A program made the position numbers and the translations under genes. A stretch of DNA of 64,000 bases, taken from contig NC_087437.1 of assembly GCF_036321535.1 (NCBI RefSeq), positions 33,358,001 to 33,422,000 of the forward strand, given 5' to 3'. The notes below the pieces were generated by a model. That model did no database searches. It was given only the letters and a program-made list of their open reading frames with translations, and had not been told where the DNA came from. Shown one piece after another: positions 38,441-51,830 of this stretch (its first letter is position 1; every line of letters starts with the position of its first letter). The stretch is from Camelus dromedarius (taxonomy: Eukaryota).

Positions 38441-39546
38441 ACTTAACTGGAACTTGGCAGGTAGTAATGGCAGGTACAATTAAAACCTCTACTACTGCCA
38501 CTGTTTTTCAAAAAAGCTAAAATATATAAAATCTCTTAATTTTACGTTTCCTTGTAGACATTATTTTTTTGTTATGCAGTGCCAGCATTTTGTGCATATT
38601 CTTTAGTTTTCTTATTTGCCCTCACAGTTGAAAACACAGACAGCTGGCTTGAGTCCAGTGAGCCATCAATTGAGCCTGAAGATTCGCTGTTTTCAGTACA
38701 CCTAGTGATTTCCAAGTTTGTACCAATTATATTAACTTTATGAGGATTGTACTTCCTATCACTAGTATCAGCACCTTCATTGTTACATTTTCCACTCGTT
38801 TATAAACCAATAATGACAAAATGCAATAAAAGATTCATGTAATTGCCCAAATTGCTTTACAAAGATGGTGACTGCCAAAATGGAGCTGGCTGCGAGCAGG
38901 CAGTGCCATAGTGTGATAGATTTAAATGTTTATTATTCAGCTGAGGTATGAAAATATGCATATGAAGGCAGTTTTGCAAGCGCCTATGTATTATCTACAA
39001 CTGCATTTTTTCTTCCAGAAGTCAAACACATGAAAGACAAGACCCATTTGTATTTGTCTACCACCAGGTACACCAACTTTTGTTCATATATCTCTCTAGT
39101 CGCTTTCTCCACAGAAGCCAAGGATCAAGAAATATGATCCCCATTTGTAACACTGATGCTTGACTCAGTGCTCAAAATATCATTTAGTTGAGTAGTCCTC
39201 TTGTTTAATAAGGAGTTAGAGACTGGCTAGCGAAAAACATCACAGATGGTAAGCAACAGACTTGAAGGGAGCCATGCCAGCCACTAATTACTAAGACATA
39301 TTTGGAGAGCATTGGTACTTGTCTTAACCCCCAAGCAAGAAATTCCAGTTACTCCAGGCTGCCTTCCATTTCCACAGCTTTGAGGCTTGGTTAGCATTTG
39401 GCAAGTGCTTTAGCATTTGACTTGGATTGCCATATACCAGGCCCATTTTAATTCTGAAGAAAGAATCTGTATTCCACAAAAGATTAAAAAATTTTAATTT
39501 TTCTAAGAACTCAATTCTCTCATCCTTGACTTACCTGCCACCCTGC

Positions 39547-39547
<1 letters not shown>

Positions 39548-39596
<49 letters not shown>
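39548..39596. repeat. (TG)n microsatellite, about 24 units
   Basis: Seen directly. Confidence 0.97.
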
Positions 39597-39598
<2 letters not shown>

Positions 39599-39899
39599 CC
39601 CCAAGCATTGGCTGCTTACTGATGCACTGTTTTCAATTGATGCAGCTTTTTAAAGGAATCTTTACATTAGTCAAAGAAATTCCCAAATTTACATTAGTGA
39701 CCCATTTGTGAAGGTTGATCATTGGTAAAAATTGATTCCATTTTACAAATTCAGATGAATATTGTAGTACTAACAGATAGATGGGGCGAAGAGATGACAT
39801 TTAATGCTTCAAGCACTCTTTTAAAAAACTTTAAAAATCTGTATCACATATGTTTAGTATAATGCACAATAGTAAAGTGAACATTGATGAAGATATTCC

Positions 39900-41450
39900 C
39901 TGTTTAAGAACTTTACCATTGCTACTGAAGTTTCTTAATGCTTCCATGTATTTCCCTCTTTCCTCCTATTTTTGTTAGCTATATCATTTTTACGTTTTAC
40001 AGTATTATATGTCAAAGCATATAATTCTCTCCATAATATTTATTTTGCCGTATCCTTATCTTTGAACCTTAGTTCTACAGTTAAATAGATTCAATGCTCA
40101 GTCCACTGTTTATGTTGAAGCTTTCCCAATAATTTCTTATTTGTCCGAAGCTCATTTTCCAGTAGAATATTCGGGAAAGGTTCATGGAATCAATATCTCT
40201 GAATTCCTGAATATTCGTAATTGATTGTTTGAAGCATTTATTCTAGAAAGACGGATATAAAATCCTTGGTTTATATTTCCTTCTTGGAATATCTTTAAAA
40301 ATATTGTTTCATTGTTTTCCCCATAAAATGTTGCTGTTGAGAGGTCTGATGTCAGTTTTGTTTTCTGCCCTTCATATGTGACCTGCCTGGTCTTTCTGTT
40401 TGGATGCCCAAATAATTTTTTCCTTTTTTTTTTTTTTAAAGTCTAGTAGTTTTACTAGAATATATAGTAACTATTGAGGGATAATTTTCTTGGGTACATG
40501 GTGTGCCCTTTTTGTATAAATATTTAAGTCTTTTTAAATTTCAGGCATACTTTACTGAATTATTATTTAGACAAATTTTTTCAGTTTCATTTGCTTTAGT
40601 TTTCTTTTGGGGGCCTCAAATTATATGCATGTTTGAACTATTTTATTTGCCTATGTTTTCTTTCTCTTGGATCCTTTTTACTGCTTTCTCTATTTCTGTT
40701 TGATTTTCTTTATATTTTTCTTTTTGGTGTTTATTTAGCACCCTGAGTTTTGATGACTTCTATTTCTCTCATGTTCCTTTTGATTAATTTTTTCCAATTC
40801 TGTCTGAATACTGATAATTTTTCACATTTTATTCTCTTCTTGTCCAGCCATTTTATTTATGACTACATTTTTTTCTGAAGTGTGCTATTTTTAAAAAACT
40901 GTTTTCTTGACTTCTTTTAGCTCACTTTGAAATATTGGATTATAGTTTTCATCTGGTTTGAGTCTGCATTCTTCTGTTTTGTTCTCATTGTCGGGATATT
41001 TTACAGTTCATTTTAATCTGTTTTTCTAGCAGTAATTTAGTATGGAAATAGAGGGTCTATTTGTTTCATATTAAAGTGAGATGAGTTTTCTTGGGCTATG
41101 AGGAGAGGGTTTCTGATGGGCAGGGATATTGTCCAGAGTACATCTCACAGCTTTATAGCTTAAAGGCTTGCTTTTCTTTGTTACCATAAGATACTTAATA
41201 TTTGGCTTTTCTCTACTGCTATTTCTCCTCTTTCAGAATATGGTTTGAGATTTTTCTGCCTCTGGCCCTGTTTTTCCTAGAGTTTTAAAAGAAGTGCTCT
41301 TACCTTTAGATGTAGTATTTTTGCTGTTCAGTACTTCCTGGATTCTGCCTTCTCTAGACTCTTCTTCACTATATATAGTATTTGCAGCTTCTTTCTCCAT
41401 GACCTTCGGCATCCTGCCTTGTTCACCTTGTTTCTTTACTTCCAGCAGTT
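39900..41450 (-). mobile_element. HAL1 / ancient L1 ORF1-region remnant
   Basis: aatgttgctgttgagaggtctgatgtcag...tggatgcccaaat...gtctagtagttttactagaata; T-rich antisense ORF1-like sequence. Confidence 0.6.
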
Positions 41451-41479
41451 TTTTTTTTTTTTTTTTGGGTGAGGTCTGT

Positions 41480-43150
41480 TTTTCTAAAAGAAATTTGCTA
41501 CATAATACCTTTTGTCTTAAAGTCTTTCTCTCTCTCTCTCTTTTTTTAAACTAATAGTACTGTCTCTACTCCAGCTTCCTCTTAGTTAGTGCTTGTGTGA
41601 TATATCTTCTTCTGTACTTTTATTTCAACTTTTCTGTAGTCCTCTCTAGGTACATATCTTGTAAACAAGATATGGTTTGATTTTTCTTTTTCAGTCAGAC
41701 CACTTTTGCTTCTAACTATCAAGTTAATTTTATTTTCATTACTTTATTACTTAAACTATTTTAGCCCCTTCCTTAGAGTTGATATGTGGATAGTTTCCAC
41801 ATTGTTGATGCTGTATTTCCCCACCTGCCTCTTCTTAGGCTTTAGTTATTTTCCTTTTACAACTTTTCCCCCTTCACAGGTTCAAACTTTTATACTGTAG
41901 TCTATTCTTTTAGTGTTTTTTCCTTGAAATCTTACCATGCATATTTAACAATGCTGCAAAGTCTAATTACTATGTCAAGCCCCCTTCCAAAGTGAAAAAA
42001 CACACACACACGTGCCTAAGTGCCTAAGAATAGTCACAGTCTGGTCACTCTTTTCCTCACTGATTGACCTGCTAACGTTGCCCATTATATTTTTGCTGCT
42101 AAAACTGGACTTTATTTTAATTTGTTTTTCGTTACTATCAAATCTGTTTGGAGACATTTACGGTTCTACTTTCTTCACTTACCATTTCTTCTTGCAACCT
42201 AGACCTTCCTTCTCAGATCATTTTTGTTCTGCAGCAGTAGATAACATACAATATTTTTGATCAGTTATAGAAATTCTCAAACATTATTTCTTTAGAAATT
42301 GTTTCTAATTCGATTTATCCTCTTTCTTTGGGACTTCAATTAAACATAGCTTATCTAATCGTGATCTGTCCATTATGTCAGCTTTATATTTTTGATCATA
42401 TCCAAGCTGTATTCTGTAATGTCTGTGTCTCAGTTACAATTCTCACCTTTCAGCTGTATCTTATGTACTATACAACTTATCTATTAAGTTTTTAATTTTG
42501 AAAGTACTTATTACTCAAAGGTTTTCTTTCTGTTTGTTTTTCAAATTTTCTTGGTCATTTTAGGTCATCTCTTGTTCCTTGTTCATTTTTTAATTCTAAA
42601 ATTTAAAGCATTTTATACTCAGATGTTTATATTTAACATCTGATAATTCTAACTTCAGAAGTTCTTAGAGGTCTGTTTTTACAATCTGATGACTCTTACT
42701 CATGAAGGCTTATTTCATTTTGTATTTGGTGGGTTTTGGTTGAACTTATCCATGTAAATTCTTAGGGCCTAAATGTTAGTTGTTTTTCTGCAGAGAAGAT
42801 TTCAGTTTGCATCTGCTGAGAGCCAGAAGGTGTTGCCCATCTTGGAATGTTTCAACTTCTTTTAAGAGTCCTTGCTTAAAGTGTGAGTGTCAGGTGCAGC
42901 TCCTTCACCTTGCCAAGGGCAGCATTCCAGGTATCTTACCAGCATGGACTCCAGGAGAATCCTCTGATTCTGCTTCTTCATTTGTATTTGCCGACTGGTA
43001 CCATGCAAGATTCAGCTCATCATTTTTCTTTTATTCCCTCTTGGTTCTTGAAGACTTCTCCTAAGCCTCAAAATGCCTTACAAAATATATTTGTTTAAGT
43101 TAATCTATGAGTTTGTTATATTTCTTAGAGTATCTAGTTCTGGTCCATCA
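41480..43150 (-). mobile_element. Ancient L1M fragments (ORF2 start / ORF1)
   Basis: actccagcttcctcttagttagtgcttgtgtgatatatcttcttctgtacttttatttcaac...cttgtaaacaagatatggtttga. Confidence 0.65.
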
Positions 43151-43719
43151 TACTACTGAAAGTGGATGTCAGTCACTTTCCTCCTAAGAAAATAATTTCT
43201 CCTGTGTATAGTACTTGGAAATACGTAAAACGCAGAGGGCAAAGATACGATCTTTTACATTGATAAACAAAGACCTTAATGTTAGGTTTTCGAGAAAACC
43301 CCACCAAAAAATGGTTCATAACATTCTTTTATTCTTCTCTTCTAGTATTCCTCCAGGAAGTTAATTTAAGTTATAGTTTTGGTGTAGCTTATTTATTAAG
43401 AATTTTTTTACTTCTGGATGTGGTTCTATAAAAATATCTGTTTTCTAAATTCTTTTTGAGAATGAATTTTTAAATTTGTTAAAGCAATAAAACATGACAG
43501 AAAATTTGGGAAAAAGTGTAACTCTGTCTCCTTAACCTTGAACTGAGATACTCATGGAGCACAGGTAGAGATGAGGTATGAGTCCTAATGCCGGGATTCC
43601 CCCAATCACAGATCAGTCTGCTGTGGGCAGACACGTGAGAGAATTGAGGAAGCCTGGCAGAAGAAACATCCAGAAGGAAGCAGAGAGAAAAAAAATATTT
43701 TCCTTGACCCATAGGGACT

Positions 43720-43843
43720 AAGAATGTCTGTTTAAGAATGTCCCCTCCTGAACCCTGTCCTCAACTTACCAGTCAGGATCTGAATTTTTGACAAAACTCT
43801 CTTTGTGATGAGTTGCTCACAATGAAGTTTTAGAACCACTGGC
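43720..43843. mobile_element. MER5-like hAT fragment
   Basis: caggatctgaatttttgacaaaactc...aagttttagaaccactg terminus. Confidence 0.55.
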
Positions 43844-44039
43844 CTAAGGAATTTTTTAGCAAGGAGAAGAAACTTGATGTTGACATCAGACTTCTAAGTG
43901 CTTTTGGTTATTGTGATTATCTATGCTCAAGTTAATATGAGGTAGATGTTATGTAGTGTCTCTTCCAGTCTGTGGGTTCAGTCATCCTTAAAAACATTGT
44001 TTAATACATTATTGTTTTAAGTTCCATAGGCTCTTCATG

Positions 44040-44420
44040 TTACTGTCATTCGGATTGTGATATGCTATTCTAATGAGGGGAATAAATCCTAATTTTCTTA
44101 GCCACCTCTTCATTGTTGTATATTTAAGTCATTTCCAATTTGGGGCTATTATATATAGTACTGCAGTAAACCTTGGTATGCATAGACTTTTTTTTTCTTT
44201 GCACTTAGATACTTAGATTTGGAATTACTGGAAAGAAAGACATTAATGCACTTAAGACTCTTGATGAAGACTGCCAAATTGCTTTCCAAAAGGTTATACC
44301 AGTTCAAACTGCTACCAGCAATGTAAGAATATATTTCAGGACATCCCAGCCGGCATTGGGCATTTTCATTTATCTGTTAGGCAATTAGTGTTCTTATTGA
44401 TTTTTAATTTTCAGCTGTTG
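44040..44420 (-). mobile_element. L1ME-like 3' fragment
   Basis: atttccaatttggggctattat...ggaattactgg...tgccaaattgctttccaaaaggttataccagtt...ccagcaatgtaaga. Confidence 0.7.
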
Positions 44421-45309
44421 GATTTTACGGAGTCTACTGAATGAGTCTTCAGAAAGGGCTGGGCGAGGTGAAGAGTGAAGAGATGTAGGGCAAAGTGTAT
44501 CCCCATTGTTTGTACATTCATCACAGAATATAACCACCATCTATTTCCTCTTGGTCTACCACAGTGCTAGTCACTTCTCTTCTTTCAGCCTCTCTTTCTT
44601 CATTCATGAAATGAAGGAGTGGGGCCAACTGCCCCCAAGATCCCACCTAGGCTTCTGGGTTCTGATTAATCCCTTGTTGTAAACATCACATGTCAAATCT
44701 GTGCAGGTTTCTCTGGTTGTCTTGTCAATAGCAGTAGGGATTTGTCTGTCTACCATGCATATTTCTTTTCTTTGGTGGAATGTATTTTAGATTTTGTTCC
44801 TGCTTTGCTCCCCCTCCTCCTTTTGAAAATTCTGATTAAAAAAATAACGCAAATATGGTATATGAATATTTAAAATGTGATTTGCATTTAACAAATTACA
44901 CATGATCACATAATTCCCAATGCGATTTTTGCATCAGTGAAGAAGTTAGAATATGTATTTTATATTAACTGCATAGCATTTAAATACTTTAATACAAACA
45001 AACTGCATTTAAATATTAATCTCTCCAAAAAAAACCTTGCCAGGCACATTAAATATTTAAAACTTTTCTGCAAAGTTCTTGAACCCCTTGAACATTTCTA
45101 CTTTTCTTTGTTATTTTTAAGTCTGGAGAATCTTGGTATTTTCTATACACTTATTGTGAATTTTAAATCTCTACTTGTAAAGTTTTCCCTCCACAAGGAC
45201 AAGGGTGAGTTAACAGGATAGAGTGTTAAACCCATCATGCTAAATGCAGCAGTGAGGAGAGCTGAGTATGTGGTAAGGAGAAGGAAACTGTTCAATATAA
45301 GATGTGATA

Positions 45310-45595
45310 GAAACATAGATTCTTAGTATTGGACTTGACGTTGGAATTCATCAAGTTGAATCATCTGTCTAATGCAGAATCCAAGTACCACATCTCCAAG
45401 TGGTCGGTTAATCACTTCTTGAATACCTTCAGTGTTTTAGTGCTCACTACCTCATAAGCTAGCCCTGTCTGTACTGTAATTGGACAGCATTCATTTTAAG
45501 AATTATAATCTTGTTTTCTTGAGTTCTTATTATTATCTTGAGTTCAATTCTACCTCTAAATGAGCCACTGATTTTAGTTTATTCTCCTGGAGCAA
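45310..45595 (-). mobile_element. L3/CR1 LINE 3' end
   Basis: cttgaataccttcagtgttttagtgctcactacctcataagctagccc...ttggacagc...ctcctggagcaa resembles the antisense L3 terminus. Confidence 0.65.
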
Positions 45596-45747
45596 TTATG
45601 TGGGATTAGGTGATCCCCAAAGTGATTTGGTATAAAATAATATTCTACAGGCATGTTTGCTTTTCTTAATAATGATTAAAGCTAAATTCCACAAAAAGGA
45701 ATGATGTTCCTAATATGCACTGGTGGAACTGAACTCAAGAACAACTT

Positions 45748-46972
45748 AGATGATTTTTTGGATTTGACACCAACAGCAAAGACAGCAAAAGCAAAAATAA
45801 ACAAGTGGGACTACATCAAACTACTATGTCAAACTAAAAGCTTCTGCACAGAAAAAAAAAAAAAAAGCCATCAACATGAGAAGACAACCTACAGAATGGG
45901 AGAAAATATTTGCAAATCATATATCTGATAAGGGGTTAACACCCAAAGTATATAAAAACTCATACAACTCAATCGAAAGAAAAAAATATCCAACTTAAAA
46001 ATGATCAGAAGAACAGAATAGACATTTTTTAAGAAGACATCCAACTGACCAACAGTAAAAGATGCTCAATATCACTAATCATCAGGGAAATGCAAATCAA
46101 AACCACAATGAGATAGATATTACCACATACCTATTTGACTATCATCAAATAGACAAGAGATAACAAGTGTTGGCGAGGATGTGGAGAACAAGGAACCCTT
46201 GTGTACTTTTGGTGGGAAATGGAAATTGGTGCAACCGCTATGGAAAATTGTATGGCTGTTTCTCAAAAAATTGGAAATAGAACTGCCATGTGATCCAACA
46301 GTCCCACTTCTGTGTGTATATCCAAAGGAAATGAAATCATTCTCTCAAAGAGAGATCTGTATTCCCACGTTCACTGCAGCATTATTTACAATAGCCAAGT
46401 TATGGAAATAACTTGTGTCCATCAGCAGATGAATGAAGAAAGAAAAGTATGATTTAAATATCTATATCTAAAATGTAATATTTTCAGCCATAAAAAGGAA
46501 AGAAATCCTGCCATTTGAAACAACATGGATGGATATTGAGGGCATTATGCTAAGTGAATAAGAGAGAAAGTTCCAAACTTTATGATGTTACTTACATGTG
46601 GAATCTAAAAAACCAAACTTAGATGAACAGAAGAGATTGGTGGTTGCCAGAGGCAGGGGAATGGGCAGTGGTGGAAATGGGTGAAGGTGATGAAAAGATA
46701 CAAACTTCCAGTTATAAGATAAATAAGTTCTGAGGATGTAATCTACAGCATGGTGACTCTAGTTAACAGTAATGTACATTTGAAAATTGCTAAAAGAGTA
46801 GATCTTAAAAGTTCTTATCACAAGAAAAAATTATAGCTGTGTGAAGTGATAGATGTTAACTAAACTTTTTGTGGAAATTATTTTGCAATATCAACATATA
46901 TCAAATTTTTTGTACACCTTAAACTAATACAATGTTAATGTATCAATTATAGCTCAATAAATTGGGAAAAAA
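45748..46972 (+). mobile_element. L1 3' end (L1MA8/9-like), 5'-truncated
   Basis: ORFs KAKINKWDYIKL and LVQPLWK...LP.DP..PLL..YPKEMKS match the ORF2 C-terminus; 3' UTR ends ctcaataaattgggaaaaaa. Confidence 0.95.
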
Positions 46973-47119
46973 GTGATCAGAAGTCAAAAAAGATACCTTT
47001 TAATCAGTGATCACACATACTAATAACCCCCAGTAGATTATTAGCTATCTTTGGGCACAGTACTCTCTCATAAATAATTTATTTGTTAAAAAGGAAAGTT
47101 AGGAATTACTACTAATAAT

Positions 47120-47372
47120 AAAACAACAGTAACAGCACAACATCTAGCACGTAATATTTCCTTCTGTGCTGGGCACTCCTCTAAGTGCTTTATGTATATG
47201 GCCTCATTTAATCTCTGTAACATCTATGAGATATGTTTATTATGCCCATTTTACATATGAGGAAACTGAGGCACAAAGAAGTTAAATACTTTCCCCAAGG
47301 TATAGATGACAGTGCTTGGTTTTAAACCCAACACTTTCATCCAGAGTTTGTGTTCTTATCTATTATGCTGTA
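47120..47372 (-). mobile_element. MIR SINE
   Basis: cccattttacatatgaggaaactgaggcacaaagaagttaaatactttccccaagg core. Confidence 0.9.
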
Positions 47373-47375
47373 CTG

Positions 47376-47509
47376 AGAGTGACCACATGATTTATTATTC
47401 AAACCAAGACACTGTTGAAAGTATTCATAACTACTCCCTGACAGCACCCTATACTGCCTCTCAAATGACAGGCTGACAAGAACATATTGAAAGGTCTCAA
47501 TATCACCCT
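47376..47509. mobile_element. hAT-Blackjack element (MER94-like)
   Basis: agagtgaccacatgatttattattcaaaccaagacactgttgaaagt...tcaccct. Confidence 0.5.
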
Positions 47510-47837
47510 GAGGGGCAGATTCACGTTTTCTGGGGCCAGAATGCTATGCAATTTCAAGGGCTTTCTTTCAGAAAAAGAATATGAAGCTATGAATACATTA
47601 GATATTAAAATGAATTTTTTTTTGAATGAGAAAGAGATCAGATTAATGGAAATTTGGAGGATTCAGGTCCCTTTCTTCTGAGATCTATTTGGGAAGTGTA
47701 CCAGAAACCCTTGATTGCAGCTTGGCTTCCCTCCCCACCTGGAACATTCTGTAACTTCCAGATTTCACAGGGGTGGTGCAAATCAGGGGCCTCAAAGCTT
47801 AAGCTTCATTAGGTTTATGGTAGTAGATCTGCCTCTG
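47510..47837. mobile_element. hAT-Tip100 non-autonomous DNA transposon (Zaphod/MER115/ORSL group)
   Basis: TIRs gaggggcagattc ... agatctgcctctg; ggggcctcaaagcttaagcttcattag subterminal motif; 8-bp TSD-like atcaccct/ctcaccat. Confidence 0.7.
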
Positions 47838-50659
47838 CTCACCATTTTCAGGTCACTTGGGAAATAAACTGAGCACCTAGAATGTTTGTGGTGCTTACTA
47901 CTAGATAAGATAAATAGCATTTTAAAGTAACATGTCCAAAGATACCACAGATAGTTCAAAAGGGCCACTTTATGGTTCTCTGATCCCAGGAAGGCAACAT
48001 TTAGATGCTCTGGAACTTACGAGAACAGTCTCCCCAGGCAGGTGGTTGGTTTTAGCTATTGGTTATCACCTTTTGTTGTAAGTTCAGCACTGGCCAGTGT
48101 GTTATTTTGACACGACCCTCCTTCTCCCTCTCCCTGTTGATCTTTTTGAGCCTCTCTTCCAGGTCAGAAATGACTTCATAAGCTCTAGTTCTCGGCCTTA
48201 GAATACTTGTTTCTGTAAAGAAAGCCTTGTGATTCTGCAAGGTGTGATTCATGGCGCTGTATGCATTAGCAACATTAGATGATCACTAATAAAGGCTATG
48301 AAAGGCAAATGCTCACTGCAGAATCATTTAATCATGGTTATGTATGGATTTGAATGCTCTCAAAGGTATGAATTAGATTCTTATTAATTTTCTCCTACTG
48401 TGTAATGCCATCGCCATTCCCTCCCTCTTCTCCTTTGCGCCAGTCCTCCACACCTGTCCTCTCCCACTGCCGCTTCAGACTCTAAGACAGCCAGCAGCAA
48501 GTGCAGGAGTTTGGGTTAGGAAACCATTTTCCATTTTTTTCTTTTCTTTTTTCTTTTTGTTCCTTTTATTGAAAGGGAAGGGATAATGGCTACCCTGTCT
48601 TGCGTGATTTTTTTTCTATGATCACCCACACTATTTCCCTACAAAAACAAGTATTAGAAATAGGAATTGAAAAAATTCCTCCTAAATGTCCTAATAAAGG
48701 ACAGGAAGTCTGAAATCCGAAGCTAGCTACTGCCTGTCAGCCCACATTCATTATATTCTTGTTTGTCTTGTTTAGATTATACATCCCCTGGGCAAGAGGC
48801 TGGGTGATTTTATTACAGTACCCATCAGTCTGTCAACACCGTCTAAATTAAAGCAAACACTCTCCTCAAATGGCACTTTTTTGATCACATCTCCCTACCC
48901 CCAGACTGTTTAGGACTGAGAGGTTTGAGTTAGCTATGACACCGTTAAAATGGACTGAACCCAAAATGACTGGGATATTCTTGAGAAAATTCATTTTCCC
49001 ATCCTGACATGGGCTGCAGGAGACACACTGAAGCTGTAAAACACAGCTTGGAAATGACTAGGCTAATTTTAGAACCCGTTTACACAGCTGCTCCACTGAA
49101 AAGCTGACTTTCATTGTAATTCTTGCTCTGGGAGGACTTGCCTTTTATTTAATTAAAAATGATCGGCAAGGCAGGCTTTTGATATAGCAAGGTCCACAAT
49201 AAAACTGCAAGGTGAGGGTAGTTGCAGTAGCTCTCTGACATTCTGCTTTATTAGATGTCAGTTTATAATTAAAAGTTTGAGTGGCAGAACTCTGAGTACC
49301 CAGCAAAATGGTTTTGAGGATCTTAATTATTTCCAGCCATCTTCCCTAGCAAATATATGAGACTGTGAAATTCGACATGGAGGGAGACATTTGGTATTGC
49401 CCAAACATTCCCTTTGAAAAACGCAGAAATAGGAAATGCTCTAGGGTTTAGAACCCGGGAGAGGGAAATTCATATTTTGAAATGCAATTGAAATCATCCC
49501 CTGCTAGGTGAAGGAGTTACATGTTTGAAGCAATAGATATTAGAAGCAAAACAAAGGGAATCAAATATCCTAGGGAAAGATATCTTGGTCATGAAGTTAA
49601 TTAGAAAAATAAAAGTTCTTTTCCCTTCCAGTTATGCTTGTTATTACTTATATTCATTTTATGGGAATGCTTCTTAGAAGTATCTAAATTTTATTTAAAA
49701 TATTTTGAGATTTTTTTCCATTTGTGCAAACTAATAACAATTTACTGAACTTCAGGAATTATCAAATGCTTTTTTTTTTTTTTTGGACATCTAGGTACCC
49801 AGAGCTGAATTAATCACAATCATCAAATGTTTTTCTCATAAGGCCTATTTTTATGTCTGAAACTTCTCATTTCAAAAGTTAAGAAATAGGAAAAAGGAAT
49901 TTCTGGGGAACCAACCGACTCAATTGTTAATCTTACTAGTAAATAACATAATATAACACTCACATGTACTCTATATCAATAGACTCAAAGCTTTTCACAA
50001 TTTACTTAAGGTTGCTGCCTTCAATATTACCACATTTTAAAGATCAAGTCAAGTTTAAATAATAAGACTGTCAAAAAGGTTGCAGTTGAATCTACATCAA
50101 GGCTATTTTAATGGATCAAAGTTGGGTTCATGGACTTCATTACTCCTTGTTACCTAGTATTGTTCAATATAAAGACTGATTAACTGATAAGGCAGAAGTA
50201 ATGTAAAGAAGATTACATGTTCCAAATGGCAGTAGGTCTGTTTGATGGTTTGGGGTCTTTGCATCCTTGTTTTCTCGAAGGAAATAGTAAGCAAAGAGAA
50301 AATAACCACTTTCTTTTGCTGTCAAATGAACAAGTGTCTGAAATTTCTGCAAACTCAATTGGAAAGCCAAGTTCAGAAAATATTAAGCCATGCTAGTTTC
50401 CAGCAATGTCAGACTGGCACATTTTTAGAACTGTCTGGTAATTCAAACGTGAGAGGTAAATTACAGATTTAAATGAAGTACATGTGGTGTTTGGAGATGA
50501 CTTTTTTAGCATGCAAGCTCTCCACTAATTAGATCCCAAGAGATGAATGAGAGTTTTTGTTGTTCTTCTAGGTTCAGCTTTAAACACAGTGAACCAGCAA
50601 AGTTACCCACCCATGGGCATTCAGGCAAAGTATTGTTTAGAATACCCTCCTCTACCAAA

Positions 50660-50695
50660 AAGAGAGAGAGAGGGAGAGGGAGAAAGAGAGAGAGG
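50660..50695. repeat. (GA)n-rich simple repeat
   Basis: Seen directly. Confidence 0.85.
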
Positions 50696-51404
50696 GACTA
50701 TGTCATACAGGAGATAAAATAACTGGTTTGCAAAAATACATTTTAAAAATATTGTGTTTATCACATCATCTTCTTAGAATCATAAAGTTAAAATAATATA
50801 TTTTCTTTGAAAAAGAAGTTTGTTGTGACCTTTCAAAATACTTTGGCTCGAGAGTGTCCAAGTTGCACCGTGTTTTGGAAAATAAGCCCTTGAGAGTCTG
50901 AGGCAGCAGCATTATGAAGGCTGAAGAGACTATTAAATATGTTGTCGGAGAGCCCCACAGCTGACTGTTGGAGAACAATGTCCCTCATCAAGTCCTCATC
51001 CAAATTCTCTACTGTACTAGCCAGTTTGGTTAAGTCCCTCTCATCAGGTTAATTAGTAATGTTGGGAGAAATAAAGGGATATTGAAGAAATTATTTATCT
51101 CTGCAGTATGTCTATGAAAGACCAGATTGGGCTTTAAAATTCTTGGCACAAAGTGATAATACTCTTGTGCAGTCCCCTACCCTTATTTCTTTATCATTTT
51201 TTCCTTATCATTTTTTCCTTAATGCACAGTATGTGTTTTTAATTTGTTTCCTTTAATTCCATAAAAATAATACTCAAACCCTATTGGGATGAGATAAGCC
51301 TTTTTCCTTCCTCTTCCAATTTTAATGACTACATGTATTAGTGTATCCTCTAAAATTGGTTAGGCTCTATATTGATGAAAAGCATTGCAGTAGCCTTGAT
51401 CTGT

Positions 51405-51830
51405 TAATGAATTCATTCAAGAAGAATTTGGTAAGGTCTGACTACATGCTATGGATTGTTCAGAGTTCTGGAAATAAGAGTGAATAAAGCATAGTTCCTG
51501 TCTTTTAAGGAAACAGGCAGGGCAATACCTGCAACTAGATAAAAACAGTGCATTGTAGTAGTGCTGCATTGATGGAAAATATAGGATGCGTTCTATGCTG
51601 AAGGGACGATGGTGGTCACTTACCTGTGTTAATGTTCATTTAATCCCCAGAGAAACCCAGTAGACAGGTACTATGATTAGCTACATTTTACAGCAGAGCA
51701 AACTGAAGCAAAAGAGGTTCACAATCAGCAAGTAGCTGACTCAGCCAACTTGGCACATGAATTACTTAATTTCTGCCCGGGAGGACAATGCCTCCACTTT
51801 GAGCCCCATAATTTACTGTGCACGTTCTTC
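51405..51830 (-). mobile_element. L2 fragment (to about 51590) followed by MIR
   Basis: attcattcaagaagaatttggtaaggtctgactacatg...; acattttacagcagagcaaactgaagcaaaagagg. Confidence 0.65.
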
